The notes: generated by a model not told the origin, from the letters alone. A stretch of DNA of 42,356 nucleotides from a virus (IMGVR_UViG_3300032257_000035:1-42356); one strand, 5' to 3'; numbered from the stretch's first letter, positions 15,678 through 26,086 are shown. Program-made: numbers and translations.

Positions 15678-17794
15678 TGAATTTTAAAAACCCACTAGCC
15701 GGTATTTTCAGTAAAAAAGATTCTAGCTTAGCCGGTGGGCGTGTGCATTCTCGCGTAAGCGAGCCACTTGGACCCTATCAAGACTCTTTTGATGATTATA
15801 TATTTAGAGAAGTTAACCCGCATTTATATGAAGCGATACGAGAAGCCGTTGGCCCAATAGATGGTGCGATTAATCGATTAGTAACGCTTGATGGGATTGT
15901 ATTAGCCGAAGCTGCAACTGATCGATTGCAACGTGAACTTGATGACTGGATGGAAGGTGTACTCGTTAACGATATGGAGCAAGGTTTTCAAGCTTTTTAT
16001 CGTTCGCAAGGTAATGAAATGTATGAGCAAGGCCATACTATTGGTGAATTTATTTTAAGCAATTCGGGTAATGATGTTGAACGCTTGCGCGTAGCGGATT
16101 CAAAAGGTACATATTTTAAACGAACTAACCAGAGTTTAGAAACTTGGTATCGTGCACCAGGGGCGCGTCGCGGCCGACGTGATGGCAGCGACCAAATAGA
16201 GCGCGTATTACGAAATACGTACTCGAGTAACAATATCACTGACCGACTTAACAGTGGTGGTTATAACAAAATAAATAATGCCAAATTAGTTTACGCGGGC
16301 TTTAATAATGAAGCTGACGGACCTTACGGCGTTTCGTTATTACGCTCGACTGAATTTGATGTAAAAGTTTTACTTACAATGAAAAATGCATTAATGCAAA
16401 CATGGACGCGTTTCGGTGATCCAATATTTAATGTTCAGCTTAAAAAGAAAACCCGAAAAGATCAAACTGAACTTGATGCGCAGCAAAGTAAACTTGCTGA
16501 AAATATTGCGAAAGTAATGGACGTTAAGAAAAGCGGTAATAGCGCAGACCTTGTAAATGTTATTGGCAAAGATGATGATTTAGATATTTCCATTTTAGGT
16601 GGTGATGGTACGGTATTGGAAATTGAAATGCCGGCAAGGCATATACTCGAACAAATCGTTTCAAAAACAGGGTTACCGAGTTGGATGCTTGGCTTTCATT
16701 GGTCGACTGCTGAAAGGTTGGCACAACGCCAAGGTGATATTGCAATAAGTGAATCTAAAACTCGATTTAGTTTACGTAAACCTGGTTTAACCAAAGCTCT
16801 TTCGGCAGCAATGCGTGCGCGCGGCACTACCTGGAATAAAGGTGACTGGGAAATAAAACAAGATTTACCTAGCCTGCAAGATTTAGTGGCAAAAGCACAG
16901 GCCGAATTTTTAACGGCGCAAACAGAATTAATGCGTAGTGGTAGTGCGGGTATGAGTATTGAAAATGATACAGATAACAACAAGCACACCACCATTGAAA
17001 TAGGCGGAAATAATTACACTTTTAAACCTACAAAAAAGAGTAGTTATAATAAAGCGCATCAATGCAAGGTTGAATCGTATGTTGAAGATGAAGCCGCGCT
17101 AATGCAGCTTGAAAATACTGCGGTTGACGCATTAAAAAGTGGATGGAAAAATTTAGAGAGAAAATTATTTACAGCATTAGGTATTACAAGCAATAAAAAC
17201 AATGAAACTATTTTTATTTATAACCCGATAATTTCTCACGCTGAAATACAAAGGCTGCAAAACGAGTTTATCGACAAGGTTGGTAGTGAAGACGGTGATT
17301 TTATAAAAAGTATTTTCGCGGCATTTGAGCGTGGCATTAACAATGCAGCTACTGAGCTTGATATTGTCGCGGCTATTGAAGCGTCACGCGGCACTACATC
17401 ACAATCACTAACACAAAATGGACTTCAACTTGTTCGCTCAACAACCATTCGAGCGCTTGGCAAAGATATTTTACTTGCGCTAGAAGAGGGCGCCTATAAC
17501 GGATTGAACCCGAAAGATGTAGCAAAACAATTGAGTGAGCGATTTGAGTTAACTAATTATAATTGGGATAGGCTGGCACGCAGCGAAATAGCGCAAGCAC
17601 AAAGCGAAGGTAAAATGGCAGAGTACGCTGCTAATAACGTTTCGCTTTATGATTGGAAGCGTGCCGGCGGTGCCTGCCCTATTTGTATCGACAAAGAAAA
17701 CAATAGCCCATACGCAGTTGGCAGCGGGCCGTTACCAATGAAAGACAGCCACCCAAATTGTCGATGCACAGTTGTTGCGAGGTTAAGCGTTTAA
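15677..17794 (+). CDS. Portal protein fused to a Mu gpF-like head morphogenesis domain
   Basis: Position after TerL, PYGVSLL motif; C-terminal RLARSEIAQA..CPIC..HPNCRC. Confidence 0.8.
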   Translation: MNFKNPLAGIFSKKDSSLAGGRVHSRVSEPLGPYQDSFDDYIFREVNPHLYEAIREAVGPIDGAINRLVTLDGIVLAEAATDRLQRELDDWMEGVLVNDMEQGFQAFYRSQGNEMYEQGHTIGEFILSNSGNDVERLRVADSKGTYFKRTNQSLETWYRAPGARRGRRDGSDQIERVLRNTYSSNNITDRLNSGGYNKINNAKLVYAGFNNEADGPYGVSLLRSTEFDVKVLLTMKNALMQTWTRFGDPIFNVQLKKKTRKDQTELDAQQSKLAENIAKVMDVKKSGNSADLVNVIGKDDDLDISILGGDGTVLEIEMPARHILEQIVSKTGLPSWMLGFHWSTAERLAQRQGDIAISESKTRFSLRKPGLTKALSAAMRARGTTWNKGDWEIKQDLPSLQDLVAKAQAEFLTAQTELMRSGSAGMSIENDTDNNKHTTIEIGGNNYTFKPTKKSSYNKAHQCKVESYVEDEAALMQLENTAVDALKSGWKNLERKLFTALGITSNKNNETIFIYNPIISHAEIQRLQNEFIDKVGSEDGDFIKSIFAAFERGINNAATELDIVAAIEASRGTTSQSLTQNGLQLVRSTTIRALGKDILLALEEGAYNGLNPKDVAKQLSERFELTNYNWDRLARSEIAQAQSEGKMAEYAANNVSLYDWKRAGGACPICIDKENNSPYAVGSGPLPMKDSHPNCRCTVVARLSV

Positions 17795-19728
17795 TGTCAA
17801 TAACCGGCCAAAATAATAATATGCTTATGTCCGATTGGACTAAGTTTTTAGATAATCCTGATGGGCCGGATGGAACATTACGTGGCGGCGATAAAGTTGC
17901 TGTTAATAATGGAACCGCATCGGCTGCTATTTTAACATCTGCAAGCGGCAGTGCTACAGGCTCAACAACAGGCAATGCTTCGGTTAATACGGATAAGAAT
18001 ACTAATACTTTGTATCTTGTTGTGACAGAATCAGCAACCAAACCATTGGCCACAGAAGTCATTTTAGGCTTAGACCATTTAGGTGCCCCTGCAATAAATG
18101 ATAGTAAACTAGTTACAGCTATTGGTGCTCAGGTATTTGCAATAACAGGGCTAACAGCTTCAACAACTTACTATGCGCACTTTGTTCATGCTACTACACC
18201 TAATAGCAATGTCATTTCTACAACCTCGTTTACAACAACTGCATCAGGCGCTATTAATCCAAACTTTTTTATAGTAGATAATTTGCATGCTTCTGCAAGT
18301 AACAGCAATCCAGGGACATTAGCCTCCCCTTGGCTTACTATGCAACATGCTATGACCACGGTGGGTTCAGTGCCTCTCGGTGGCGGTGATGATGGAGCAT
18401 ATTTTCGTTCAGGTATTTTTACTGAACACTCTACAGATTTAGAAATTTTTCAGTCAATTCATCCTGATAATTCAGGAACACTTGGCAATCAAATTACTTT
18501 TGAGCGTTATCCAACAGATGCAATTGACTCTGCAATTATCGACCAAGAAGGTAATATTGATGTTCCAGCAGGTTCATTTGTTATAGGTGAACTTTATACA
18601 ATTAAAACGGCAGGAACCACAGACTTTACTGCAATTGGCGCGTCTGACAATTTAGTTGGCAGATTTTTTGTTGCAACAGGAGTTGGCACAGGAACAGGTA
18701 TAGCAAATAAATCCGTTGGGTGTATTAATATCTGTGGTTACAACTATATAACTATTCGCAATCTCCACATGAGAAATTCAGGCGGCGGCGGCGTTAATAT
18801 GACAAACGGATTCGGAGCCAATATAGGTATAATCGTTGAAGGCTGTTATGTGCACGATCACAACGGTAGTAGAGGTGGCAACATTGCAGGCATTATGCCA
18901 ATGAGTTCACAAGATTCTATTATAAGAAATAATCTTATACATGATATTAGGTCTCAATATGACATAACAAATGGTAATTGCAGTGGAATTTTAAGTTATG
19001 GCCAAATCAATACTATCATTGAAAACAATGAGATTTATAATGCTGCTAATGGTGTGTTTAATAAGAATCCTAACGCAAGTTCAGTTCGCAGTATGGAGTG
19101 CAGGTACAATTATACACACGATGTTGGAATAGGTTACAGACTGACTCTTGCAGGTGGTGGCAGTCCTCCACAGTGGGATAATTATATTCACCATAATTTG
19201 CATGTGGGCGATTCTAATTTACCAGTATTTGGCCAAAGTAGTTTCTGTTCTGCAGATCCATATGAGTCTTCATCTCCGTCTACTACCCTAATAATAGAAA
19301 ACAATACGGTAATTGATGCTTCTCTGTGTGGAGTTAGCGGCTATCAAGGAGTTCAAGTTAGAAATAACATTTGCACACTAGCTAGTGGACAAGTTATTGG
19401 AGCGAACACAGCCTCGCCGAGCTATCCATTAAATGTAAGTGACTTTGCAATACTTAATTATAATCTTTACGCACAGATTAATATGACATTTGACCAGTAT
19501 GGTACAGGTATCAATTATACAAGCCTTGCGGCATTGCAAGCAGGCGGTGGTGTACTAACACTCTCAGAGACATTACCAGAAGCAAATGGAGCTGTAGGCG
19601 ATCCATTGTTTACAAATGCAGGAGCAGGAGATTATTCATTGCAAGTAGGTTCTCCTGCAATTGGAGCTGCAAGTGATGGTGGTAATATGGGCTTTGACCC
19701 TACAAATTATGGAGCTACAAGAGCATGA
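17794..19728 (+). CDS. Right-handed beta-helix (pectate-lyase-like) protein with an N-terminal FN3-like domain
   Basis: ITGLTASTTYY, SNSNPGTLASPWLT, repeated IIRNNLIHD/IIENNEIYN, GDPLF..GDYSLQVGSPAI. Confidence 0.75.
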   Translation: MSITGQNNNMLMSDWTKFLDNPDGPDGTLRGGDKVAVNNGTASAAILTSASGSATGSTTGNASVNTDKNTNTLYLVVTESATKPLATEVILGLDHLGAPAINDSKLVTAIGAQVFAITGLTASTTYYAHFVHATTPNSNVISTTSFTTTASGAINPNFFIVDNLHASASNSNPGTLASPWLTMQHAMTTVGSVPLGGGDDGAYFRSGIFTEHSTDLEIFQSIHPDNSGTLGNQITFERYPTDAIDSAIIDQEGNIDVPAGSFVIGELYTIKTAGTTDFTAIGASDNLVGRFFVATGVGTGTGIANKSVGCINICGYNYITIRNLHMRNSGGGGVNMTNGFGANIGIIVEGCYVHDHNGSRGGNIAGIMPMSSQDSIIRNNLIHDIRSQYDITNGNCSGILSYGQINTIIENNEIYNAANGVFNKNPNASSVRSMECRYNYTHDVGIGYRLTLAGGGSPPQWDNYIHHNLHVGDSNLPVFGQSSFCSADPYESSSPSTTLIIENNTVIDASLCGVSGYQGVQVRNNICTLASGQVIGANTASPSYPLNVSDFAILNYNLYAQINMTFDQYGTGINYTSLAALQAGGGVLTLSETLPEANGAVGDPLFTNAGAGDYSLQVGSPAIGAASDGGNMGFDPTNYGATRA

Positions 19729-20174
19729 TAGCTTTAACAATATACGTAGGTGCTAATGACAATCCGCAAGATTATGATTATGGTGATATTGCAAGAGTTA
19801 CTCGTGTGCGCCAATACAAGAATAAAATAAGCTCGAAGTTCAAAACACATGAAGAAGGTGAGTATGTTGTTTTCACGGGTACTGGAAAATGTATTCCAAG
19901 TAGTGAAATCTGCAATCCTAATGTTTATATTCTTTTTATCAGTGACGGTGGCGAAGGTTTATTGCCAATGGCCGACCAACGCCATGGTATTGATAATGCT
20001 CTATTAAAAAAACCTAATAAAGTTCTAGTTTCAAATACAGATTGGAAATTGAGTGAAGAAATCATAAATCTTTTCCCTCGTGAGAGACACATGGCAATGA
20101 CAATGCTAGAGCTTAAAGGGCATATAACCCACAAGAAAACTAATGAAGTCTTTGTTTTTGGGGAAAATAACTAA
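19725..20174 (+). CDS. Hypothetical protein
   Basis: Translationally coupled on both sides. Confidence 0.65.
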   Translation: MIALTIYVGANDNPQDYDYGDIARVTRVRQYKNKISSKFKTHEEGEYVVFTGTGKCIPSSEICNPNVYILFISDGGEGLLPMADQRHGIDNALLKKPNKVLVSNTDWKLSEEIINLFPRERHMAMTMLELKGHITHKKTNEVFVFGENN

Positions 20175-21319
20175 TGGCTTTACAAAACTTACAAGACTTA
20201 ATGATAGACGGTTTTGACGCAGGTCTTTGGAATGTATCAAAGACGGATGTGTCATTAGGTGTTAATGCAGTTAATGATCAGATTGAGTGCGACAATGCAG
20301 GAACGGCTGGCAATGCAGGTTTAATTACTAAAGCAGCCTATGACATGTCAGCAGGATCGCTTGCAAGTATTGTTGTTCCCCGAATTGATAGAAATTTCTC
20401 GCTTTATCTTTTACCTACGGATTCTCAAAATCTAATTCCTTATACAGAGTTGAATTGGTATAGGATTAGTATGAACAATGGCGAGTACTGGTGTCAAAAG
20501 AATGTTGCAGGAACAATAACAACTATATTAAATAGTTTTACTTCCGCACCTCCTGTTACGATGGGAATAAGCTTACCGGCAACAGGTGACGAAGTTAGAT
20601 TTCTAATTAATGGTTCTGAAGTTGATACAGACGCTACTTTCGAACTTGCTACTAGAGACTTATTTATTCAACTCGATAGTTATACGGATGATGGGGCGCA
20701 AGAAAATCACTTTACTACCTTCAATGCAACATATGAAGAAGCAGTTTCAGGCGCAACAATATCAAGCTCACCAGCAAGCGCAGTTCTTGGGAATACGTTA
20801 ACTTTTGCAATTGCAAACGGTACAGTCATTGGAAGTGGTGCACCTGTTGGAACAGTTGTTGACATAAACGGCTACCCATTAACGATCACGTCTTACCCAC
20901 CAAGCGGTACAGGCAACATTATTTGCAATGTTGATTGTGAAGGCCTATATGATCCACTAGCAATATTAACTTATACCGATGCAAACACTAGCAATGATCA
21001 AGTATTAATAGACCTTCAACAGCAAGCCGGATTTGATGTTGTTACATTATCTGGCGCACTCGCTACCGATGATGGTTATGTTTTATTTGGTACAACCGGC
21101 TTTGCCGATGGTGACCAAATAGAAGTTGAAACAATTACTAATTTAACTGTTCTTGCAACTTCCGAATGGGATTGGTCAACTGAGCCGCTTGTTACAGTTA
21201 CGATGGATTGGTATTTAATAGATGCAACCGATGGTGTTAGAACCGGACCATTTGTAGCAACATTTACAGTAAGCGCATTAAGCTTACCCATATTACGAAG
21301 ACGGCGAGAGGCTTGCTAA
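20174..21319 (+). CDS. Beta-rich acidic putative virion protein (lectin/Ig-like domains possible)
   Basis: Thr/Gly/Asp-rich beta-strand pattern; coupled within the late operon. Confidence 0.55.
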   Translation: MALQNLQDLMIDGFDAGLWNVSKTDVSLGVNAVNDQIECDNAGTAGNAGLITKAAYDMSAGSLASIVVPRIDRNFSLYLLPTDSQNLIPYTELNWYRISMNNGEYWCQKNVAGTITTILNSFTSAPPVTMGISLPATGDEVRFLINGSEVDTDATFELATRDLFIQLDSYTDDGAQENHFTTFNATYEEAVSGATISSSPASAVLGNTLTFAIANGTVIGSGAPVGTVVDINGYPLTITSYPPSGTGNIICNVDCEGLYDPLAILTYTDANTSNDQVLIDLQQQAGFDVVTLSGALATDDGYVLFGTTGFADGDQIEVETITNLTVLATSEWDWSTEPLVTVTMDWYLIDATDGVRTGPFVATFTVSALSLPILRRRREAC

Positions 21320-22489
21320 ATGAAAACTCCAATATTAAGAAAGTACGCGACACTATTAACAACAGCTAAAGCAATTCCATTTTCTTTGCTTACCGTTGAT
21401 GGTGTTGACTTTATTACCGGAGCAACCTTTGCCGCGGGTGATATTCAGATATCAATCGATGGTGGTGCGTATGTGGATACAGCAAATTTACCCGTTGCAG
21501 AAGGCAACAGTTATCGACTTATTTTAACGGTTGCAGAATTAACAGGTCGACGAATACGATTATCTATTGTCGATCAAACTGGAACTAAATTTTGGCTCGA
21601 TACCGATGTCATAATTGAAACGTTTGGTAATGCCGCTGCAATGTATGCATTTGATTTTGATACAGCAAGTGTTGCACAGACCGGAGATAGTTACGCGCGA
21701 ATTGGTGTAAATGGTGCGGGTTTAACTAGCCTTGCAACATCGACTAACTTAGCAACTTTATTAACCAGGTTAACTGCAGCACGCGCGGGGAATTTAGACG
21801 AGCTTGCGGCTGCAAATATTCCTACCGATATTGATACGTTACTTTCACGATTAACGTCTGCAAGGGCGGCTGCTTTATCAGATTTAATTGATGCCGGCCG
21901 TCTCGATACAATTTTTGATTCAATATTAGAAAATGTTGCCGGTCTTTCTGGTGCCGCTATGCGCGGTACTGATAATGCAAACACTACAACACCAGACAAC
22001 GTAACAATTGGCGCTATTGCTAATTATGTCGATACGCTTGAGGCAGCAAACATAACTATAAATAATTTTGTTGATACGCTTGAAACCGTTATCGGCACAC
22101 CATCGGGCGCAAGTTTATCGGATGATGTTGCCGTAGTTCAACAATTGGCCGCAGCCGTTAAGTTGGTAACAGATGAGCTACCAAATTCAGGTGCACTTAC
22201 ATCAATAGCGCAAGCGGCAAATTTGGCAACCGCGCAAGCAATCTTAAGAAAATTAGAGCAAGGCATTATTATTGGTGCCGCTGTAGCGGGCACGCTTTCT
22301 GCTACGCAGGCAACAACAGATTTAACCGGTTATACTGATGGCCAATTAATTGGTGCCGTTATTGTTTGGACGTCCGGTGTGTGTAATGGTGAACGTACGG
22401 ATATAACCGCCAATACTGCCGCTGGTTTATTAACCTATACAGCCATGACGCTTGCACCAAGTAATGGTGATACGTTTAAAATTATATAA
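21320..22489 (+). CDS. Putative fibre/structural protein with internal repeats
   Basis: TLLTRLTAARA/TLLSRLTSARA and NYVDTLE/NFVDTLE repeats; Ala/Thr-rich. Confidence 0.55.
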   Translation: MKTPILRKYATLLTTAKAIPFSLLTVDGVDFITGATFAAGDIQISIDGGAYVDTANLPVAEGNSYRLILTVAELTGRRIRLSIVDQTGTKFWLDTDVIIETFGNAAAMYAFDFDTASVAQTGDSYARIGVNGAGLTSLATSTNLATLLTRLTAARAGNLDELAAANIPTDIDTLLSRLTSARAAALSDLIDAGRLDTIFDSILENVAGLSGAAMRGTDNANTTTPDNVTIGAIANYVDTLEAANITINNFVDTLETVIGTPSGASLSDDVAVVQQLAAAVKLVTDELPNSGALTSIAQAANLATAQAILRKLEQGIIIGAAVAGTLSATQATTDLTGYTDGQLIGAVIVWTSGVCNGERTDITANTAAGLLTYTAMTLAPSNGDTFKII

Positions 22490-22737
22490 TGGCAGCTGTT
22501 AGTCGACTATCACTCTATGGCGGCCCGGGTTCGCCATACGGATCGTTTTCTGGAAAAACAATTGTGGTGCCACAAGGCCCGCCGGTTACCAGGTTAGGGC
22601 TTTACGGTGGGTCAGAAATAAAATATGGATCATTTGCCAATAAAGTAACGCCTCCAGTAGTTTTGACTAATGATTTAATTGTTGCATCAATCAATATAGT
22701 GCCTGCCGTAGCGGCTAGAGTAAAAATAAACTTTTAA
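22489..22737 (+). CDS. Small protein with a duplicated RLxLYGG..YGSF motif
   Basis: VSRLSLYGGPGSPYGSFSGK / VTRLGLYGGSEIKYGSFANK. Confidence 0.65.
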   Translation: MAAVSRLSLYGGPGSPYGSFSGKTIVVPQGPPVTRLGLYGGSEIKYGSFANKVTPPVVLTNDLIVASINIVPAVAARVKINF

Positions 22738-22746
22738 GGGTGATGT

Positions 22747-23058
22747 ATGTCAAATATTTTGCTAAAAGATAATGCGAATTTATTACAGCTTTTTGGTTTA
22801 AAACTTGAGAGCCGAGAGGCATACGATAATACCGCCAATGTGACAGCACGTATTTATGATGAAGCAGATGCTTTAAAAGATACATACACCCTTACAAATA
22901 TAGCGAATTCAAATGGTGATTATAGCGCGGTTATCCCAAGCACATTTAGCGTTGAAGTTAATGATATATATTACGTTAAATTTAATGTTGTTATGACTGG
23001 CGGCCTTCAAGCAACATTGCGTATGCCGCTTATAGTGAAAAATCGCGCAGATAGTTAA
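22747..23058 (+). CDS. Hypothetical Ig-like structural protein
   Basis: AAGGGTG RBS; beta-strand pattern. Confidence 0.55.
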   Translation: MSNILLKDNANLLQLFGLKLESREAYDNTANVTARIYDEADALKDTYTLTNIANSNGDYSAVIPSTFSVEVNDIYYVKFNVVMTGGLQATLRMPLIVKNRADS

Positions 23059-23087
23059 ATTTATTCATCCCCCTGTAGTACTTCTTT

Positions 23088-23113
23088 GCCCGCTCTTGTA
23101 GCGGGTTTTTTTT
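23088..23113 (+). terminator. Intrinsic terminator
   Basis: GCCCGCT-CTTGT-AGCGGG followed by T8. Confidence 0.8.
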
Positions 23114-23136
23114 GATAAAAACCCGCATATATTTAT

Positions 23137-23177
23137 GCAGCGTAACGGACGAATTAAAACCGCAACACGGCCAAGCT
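23137..23177 (+). promoter_or_regulatory. Late promoter motif 2 (capsid operon)
   Basis: GCAGCGTAACGGACGAA + 18 nt + CAAGCT. Confidence 0.6.
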
Positions 23178-23222
23178 AAAAATACTTAGTAGAAAGTATG
23201 TTTAATATAAAAGGGTTTAACT

Positions 23223-23432
23223 ATGTCAAAGAATACTGATAAATCAAAAGCGAACAATGAAGCACCTGATTCAGTCGCGGCGACAGCCTCAAAAAAAAAT
23301 AAAGACAATGCTGGCAGCAAAGAATCTCGAGGTGAAAATAATACTGAATGGCAAAATCCTGATTACAGCGGCCCAATTACTATTGACCAAGCTGAATGGC
23401 GCAATAAGAACCTTAAATTAAAAACCAAATAA
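23223..23432 (+). CDS. Small hydrophilic hypothetical protein
   Basis: AAGGG RBS; first gene of the capsid operon. Confidence 0.6.
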   Translation: MSKNTDKSKANNEAPDSVAATASKKNKDNAGSKESRGENNTEWQNPDYSGPITIDQAEWRNKNLKLKTK

Positions 23433-23435
23433 AGC

Positions 23436-24587
23436 ATGAATTTAGAACATAAAACAAAGCAAAGCACTTTCATTGGCTTAAAAGGTTCGGGTACACCCGC
23501 CGAAAACCAATTAAAACTAATTAATACGTACACCGTAAAAGATGTAGGTGAAAGTGATGTTTATGTTCGTACAATGTATTTGGCACATAATGCGGTTGAT
23601 CGCGATCAAGATAAATTCACTAAAGAGCTTTTAAATGATTTTTCAATAACATTACCCGGCAAAGGTTTCCATGTAAAGCACCCGAGAGGGTATGACGGTG
23701 ATAGCGGCCCCGGTGTTGGCCGTTTTTTTGATGCGAATGTTATTGAAATGTCTCAGGCCGAAGCACGCAAAGCGTTGCGTGAACCTAACTTACAATGGGT
23801 TGGCAAAGAAAAAGCATTAATTCTTGAAGCCTCTTTTTATATGTCACGGGTTGAAAGTACAAAAGATTTAATTACTAATATTGATAATGGTGTTGCGGGT
23901 GATGTATCCATTGGTTTTACATCTACTTACGGCGACACGCTTCGTAATAACGAAACAAAAATTGCACAACTACTTACATCACCAGGTGAAGCACTTGAAG
24001 GCTCGCTAGTGTGGTTAGGTGCTCAACCTGGTGCCCGTGTCGTAAAGCAGGCAAGCACCGGGCAAATGTATTTAAACGATGGTAACGAGGAAACTATTAT
24101 GGGCATGACAACCGAAGAACAAGAAAAATATGACAAGGCTCTTAACGACCTTGCCGCATTAACATTAAAGTTTAATGATTTAGAATCGACCTCTAAGAAA
24201 AAAGTCGATGGAAAAGAGCTTTTTAAGTCTTTTGATTCATTAAAAGATCTCGATGAAAAAGCCATTGCTAACTTGGCAATACAAGGTCAAGAATTTAAGA
24301 AAACACTTATCGATAATATTGTTAGCGCCAAGCGAAATTTAAAAATGATTGGCGATACCGATGATGATACTAAAACAGCAAAGCAATCATACGCTGAAAT
24401 GAATATTGACTTTTTAAAGTCTGAGCTCAAAGGGTTTATGATTTTACAAAAAGATGCGGGGCTTTCTTCCAGTCAACTTGATGGCGGTGACCCAAATAGT
24501 AACGGTGCTAGTAAAGGCGTAAGTAAAAACCAATCGAAAGATAAATCATTTGCCAACCCAACATGTAACCCATTAGTTACGGGCTAG
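23436..24587 (+). CDS. Prohead protease/scaffold protein
   Basis: VDRDQDKF, H, DVSIGF, LEGSLVWLGAQPGA HK97-type protease motifs plus a coiled-coil C-terminus. Confidence 0.8.
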   Translation: MNLEHKTKQSTFIGLKGSGTPAENQLKLINTYTVKDVGESDVYVRTMYLAHNAVDRDQDKFTKELLNDFSITLPGKGFHVKHPRGYDGDSGPGVGRFFDANVIEMSQAEARKALREPNLQWVGKEKALILEASFYMSRVESTKDLITNIDNGVAGDVSIGFTSTYGDTLRNNETKIAQLLTSPGEALEGSLVWLGAQPGARVVKQASTGQMYLNDGNEETIMGMTTEEQEKYDKALNDLAALTLKFNDLESTSKKKVDGKELFKSFDSLKDLDEKAIANLAIQGQEFKKTLIDNIVSAKRNLKMIGDTDDDTKTAKQSYAEMNIDFLKSELKGFMILQKDAGLSSSQLDGGDPNSNGASKGVSKNQSKDKSFANPTCNPLVTG

Positions 24588-24652
24588 CGATACGTAAAAA
24601 AATTAGTAGCTAGCGAGCTCAAGCTTTAAAAAACAATTAGGAGATACCCATC

Positions 24653-24991
24653 ATGACAACAGAAATTTTAAGCGAAGATTACCGAGAGTTTTTATTTGCT
24701 CATTCGGCAGATACCACCGCAAAAATATTTTTATTAATTAATGCATTCGTTGTAATGGCTATGAATAGCGCATTAGCAAATGTTGATAATATTTTTGTTT
24801 ATCGTGCTGGTGCTATTCGAGCACCCAAAGCAACGGGTGAAGTGTGGGCCCCATTAGATAAAATCTATTGGAACGATACAAACAAGAATTTTACAATAAC
24901 CGTCGGCACGAATACATTAGCCGGTTACGTCGTTAAGGATGCCGCAACCGGTGATACGGAAGGCATTATTGATTTAGATCCAAGCGCATAG
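24653..24991 (+). CDS. Capsid cement/decoration protein (DUF2190-like)
   Basis: PKATGEVWAPLDKIYW..NTLAGYVVKDAA; between protease and capsid. Confidence 0.7.
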   Translation: MTTEILSEDYREFLFAHSADTTAKIFLLINAFVVMAMNSALANVDNIFVYRAGAIRAPKATGEVWAPLDKIYWNDTNKNFTITVGTNTLAGYVVKDAATGDTEGIIDLDPSA

Positions 24992-25026
24992 CGCTTAATC
25001 GTTTAGTTAAACAGGAGTAATACAAC

Positions 25027-26070
25027 ATGCAAACAAGCATTAACTTTAAAGCCTTGCAAAAGCTACCGGCTAACGATCAAGGTCTAGCGTTAAAATCGGC
25101 TATCGACTTTGAATTTAGCAAGGTTGAAACATTACTTGATATTGCTAAAGGCTCAGCCGTTAGTAATGTTAAGCACACTAACTTTAAAATGGCGGCGCCA
25201 ACACGCGATCAAATTAAAGCGCATATGGCACTTAAATATGGTACTGCGAGCGACACGCCAGAATTATCGGCAATTACCGATCAAATGGAAACTTTCTTTC
25301 ATAGCAATATGCCAGAAATCGACCTTGGGTTTACATTATTGTTCGACCTTATCGATCTTCGTTCAAGTAACCAAACAAGCTTCGATATTTTAGATACTAA
25401 TGCCGGCATTAGTTGGTCGCAACGTAAACCGGGGCAGCGCACACAATTACGTAAAGCATTCAGTGAAGCAAAAGCAAGCGTTGATATGACCGAATATAGC
25501 GAAGGTATTGGTATTTTAGATATTTGGATTGAATATCAAAAATTCTGGACGGTTGACGAGGTTATAGCAGAATTCCGTTCGACTTATTTCGATAAAATGG
25601 CCGCGCAGCATTATGGTTTATTTCCTGCATTAGGCGCAGGAATCAATCAAGCATTTGATACCGATGATACAACCACAATGAATAATGCATTTGCTAGCAT
25701 GAAACGTAACTTAAAAGGTAAAGGTTTAGGCTCTGAAAATGCAAGCGTCTATCTAGCATGTGCACCAGAGCAGCAAGGTCGCATCGAAAAAGCATTAACT
25801 GCACAACGTGGCAGCGCTATCGTTGATCAAGGTACAGTTAATGAACCACTTACCGCACGTATTGCTGGCGTTATTAACACTACACATATCGACTCAGGCA
25901 GCTACTACATGGTTATGCCTGGGCGAAAAAATAAACGTGGTGTTTGGAAAGATTTAAGCACTGAGTCACAGCGTGACATTACCGCAAGCGCGGAAAACAT
26001 TGTTGGCGTTGGTCGTTATAACGCGGCAATCGGTGAGCAAAATCAGGTTAAACGTATACCGCTTTCATAA
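25027..26070 (+). CDS. Major capsid protein
   Basis: 347 aa, AGGAG RBS, position after protease and decoration genes, followed by a terminator. Confidence 0.75.
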   Translation: MQTSINFKALQKLPANDQGLALKSAIDFEFSKVETLLDIAKGSAVSNVKHTNFKMAAPTRDQIKAHMALKYGTASDTPELSAITDQMETFFHSNMPEIDLGFTLLFDLIDLRSSNQTSFDILDTNAGISWSQRKPGQRTQLRKAFSEAKASVDMTEYSEGIGILDIWIEYQKFWTVDEVIAEFRSTYFDKMAAQHYGLFPALGAGINQAFDTDDTTTMNNAFASMKRNLKGKGLGSENASVYLACAPEQQGRIEKALTAQRGSAIVDQGTVNEPLTARIAGVINTTHIDSGSYYMVMPGRKNKRGVWKDLSTESQRDITASAENIVGVGRYNAAIGEQNQVKRIPLS

Positions 26071-26086
26071 GCTTAATCATTAACCT

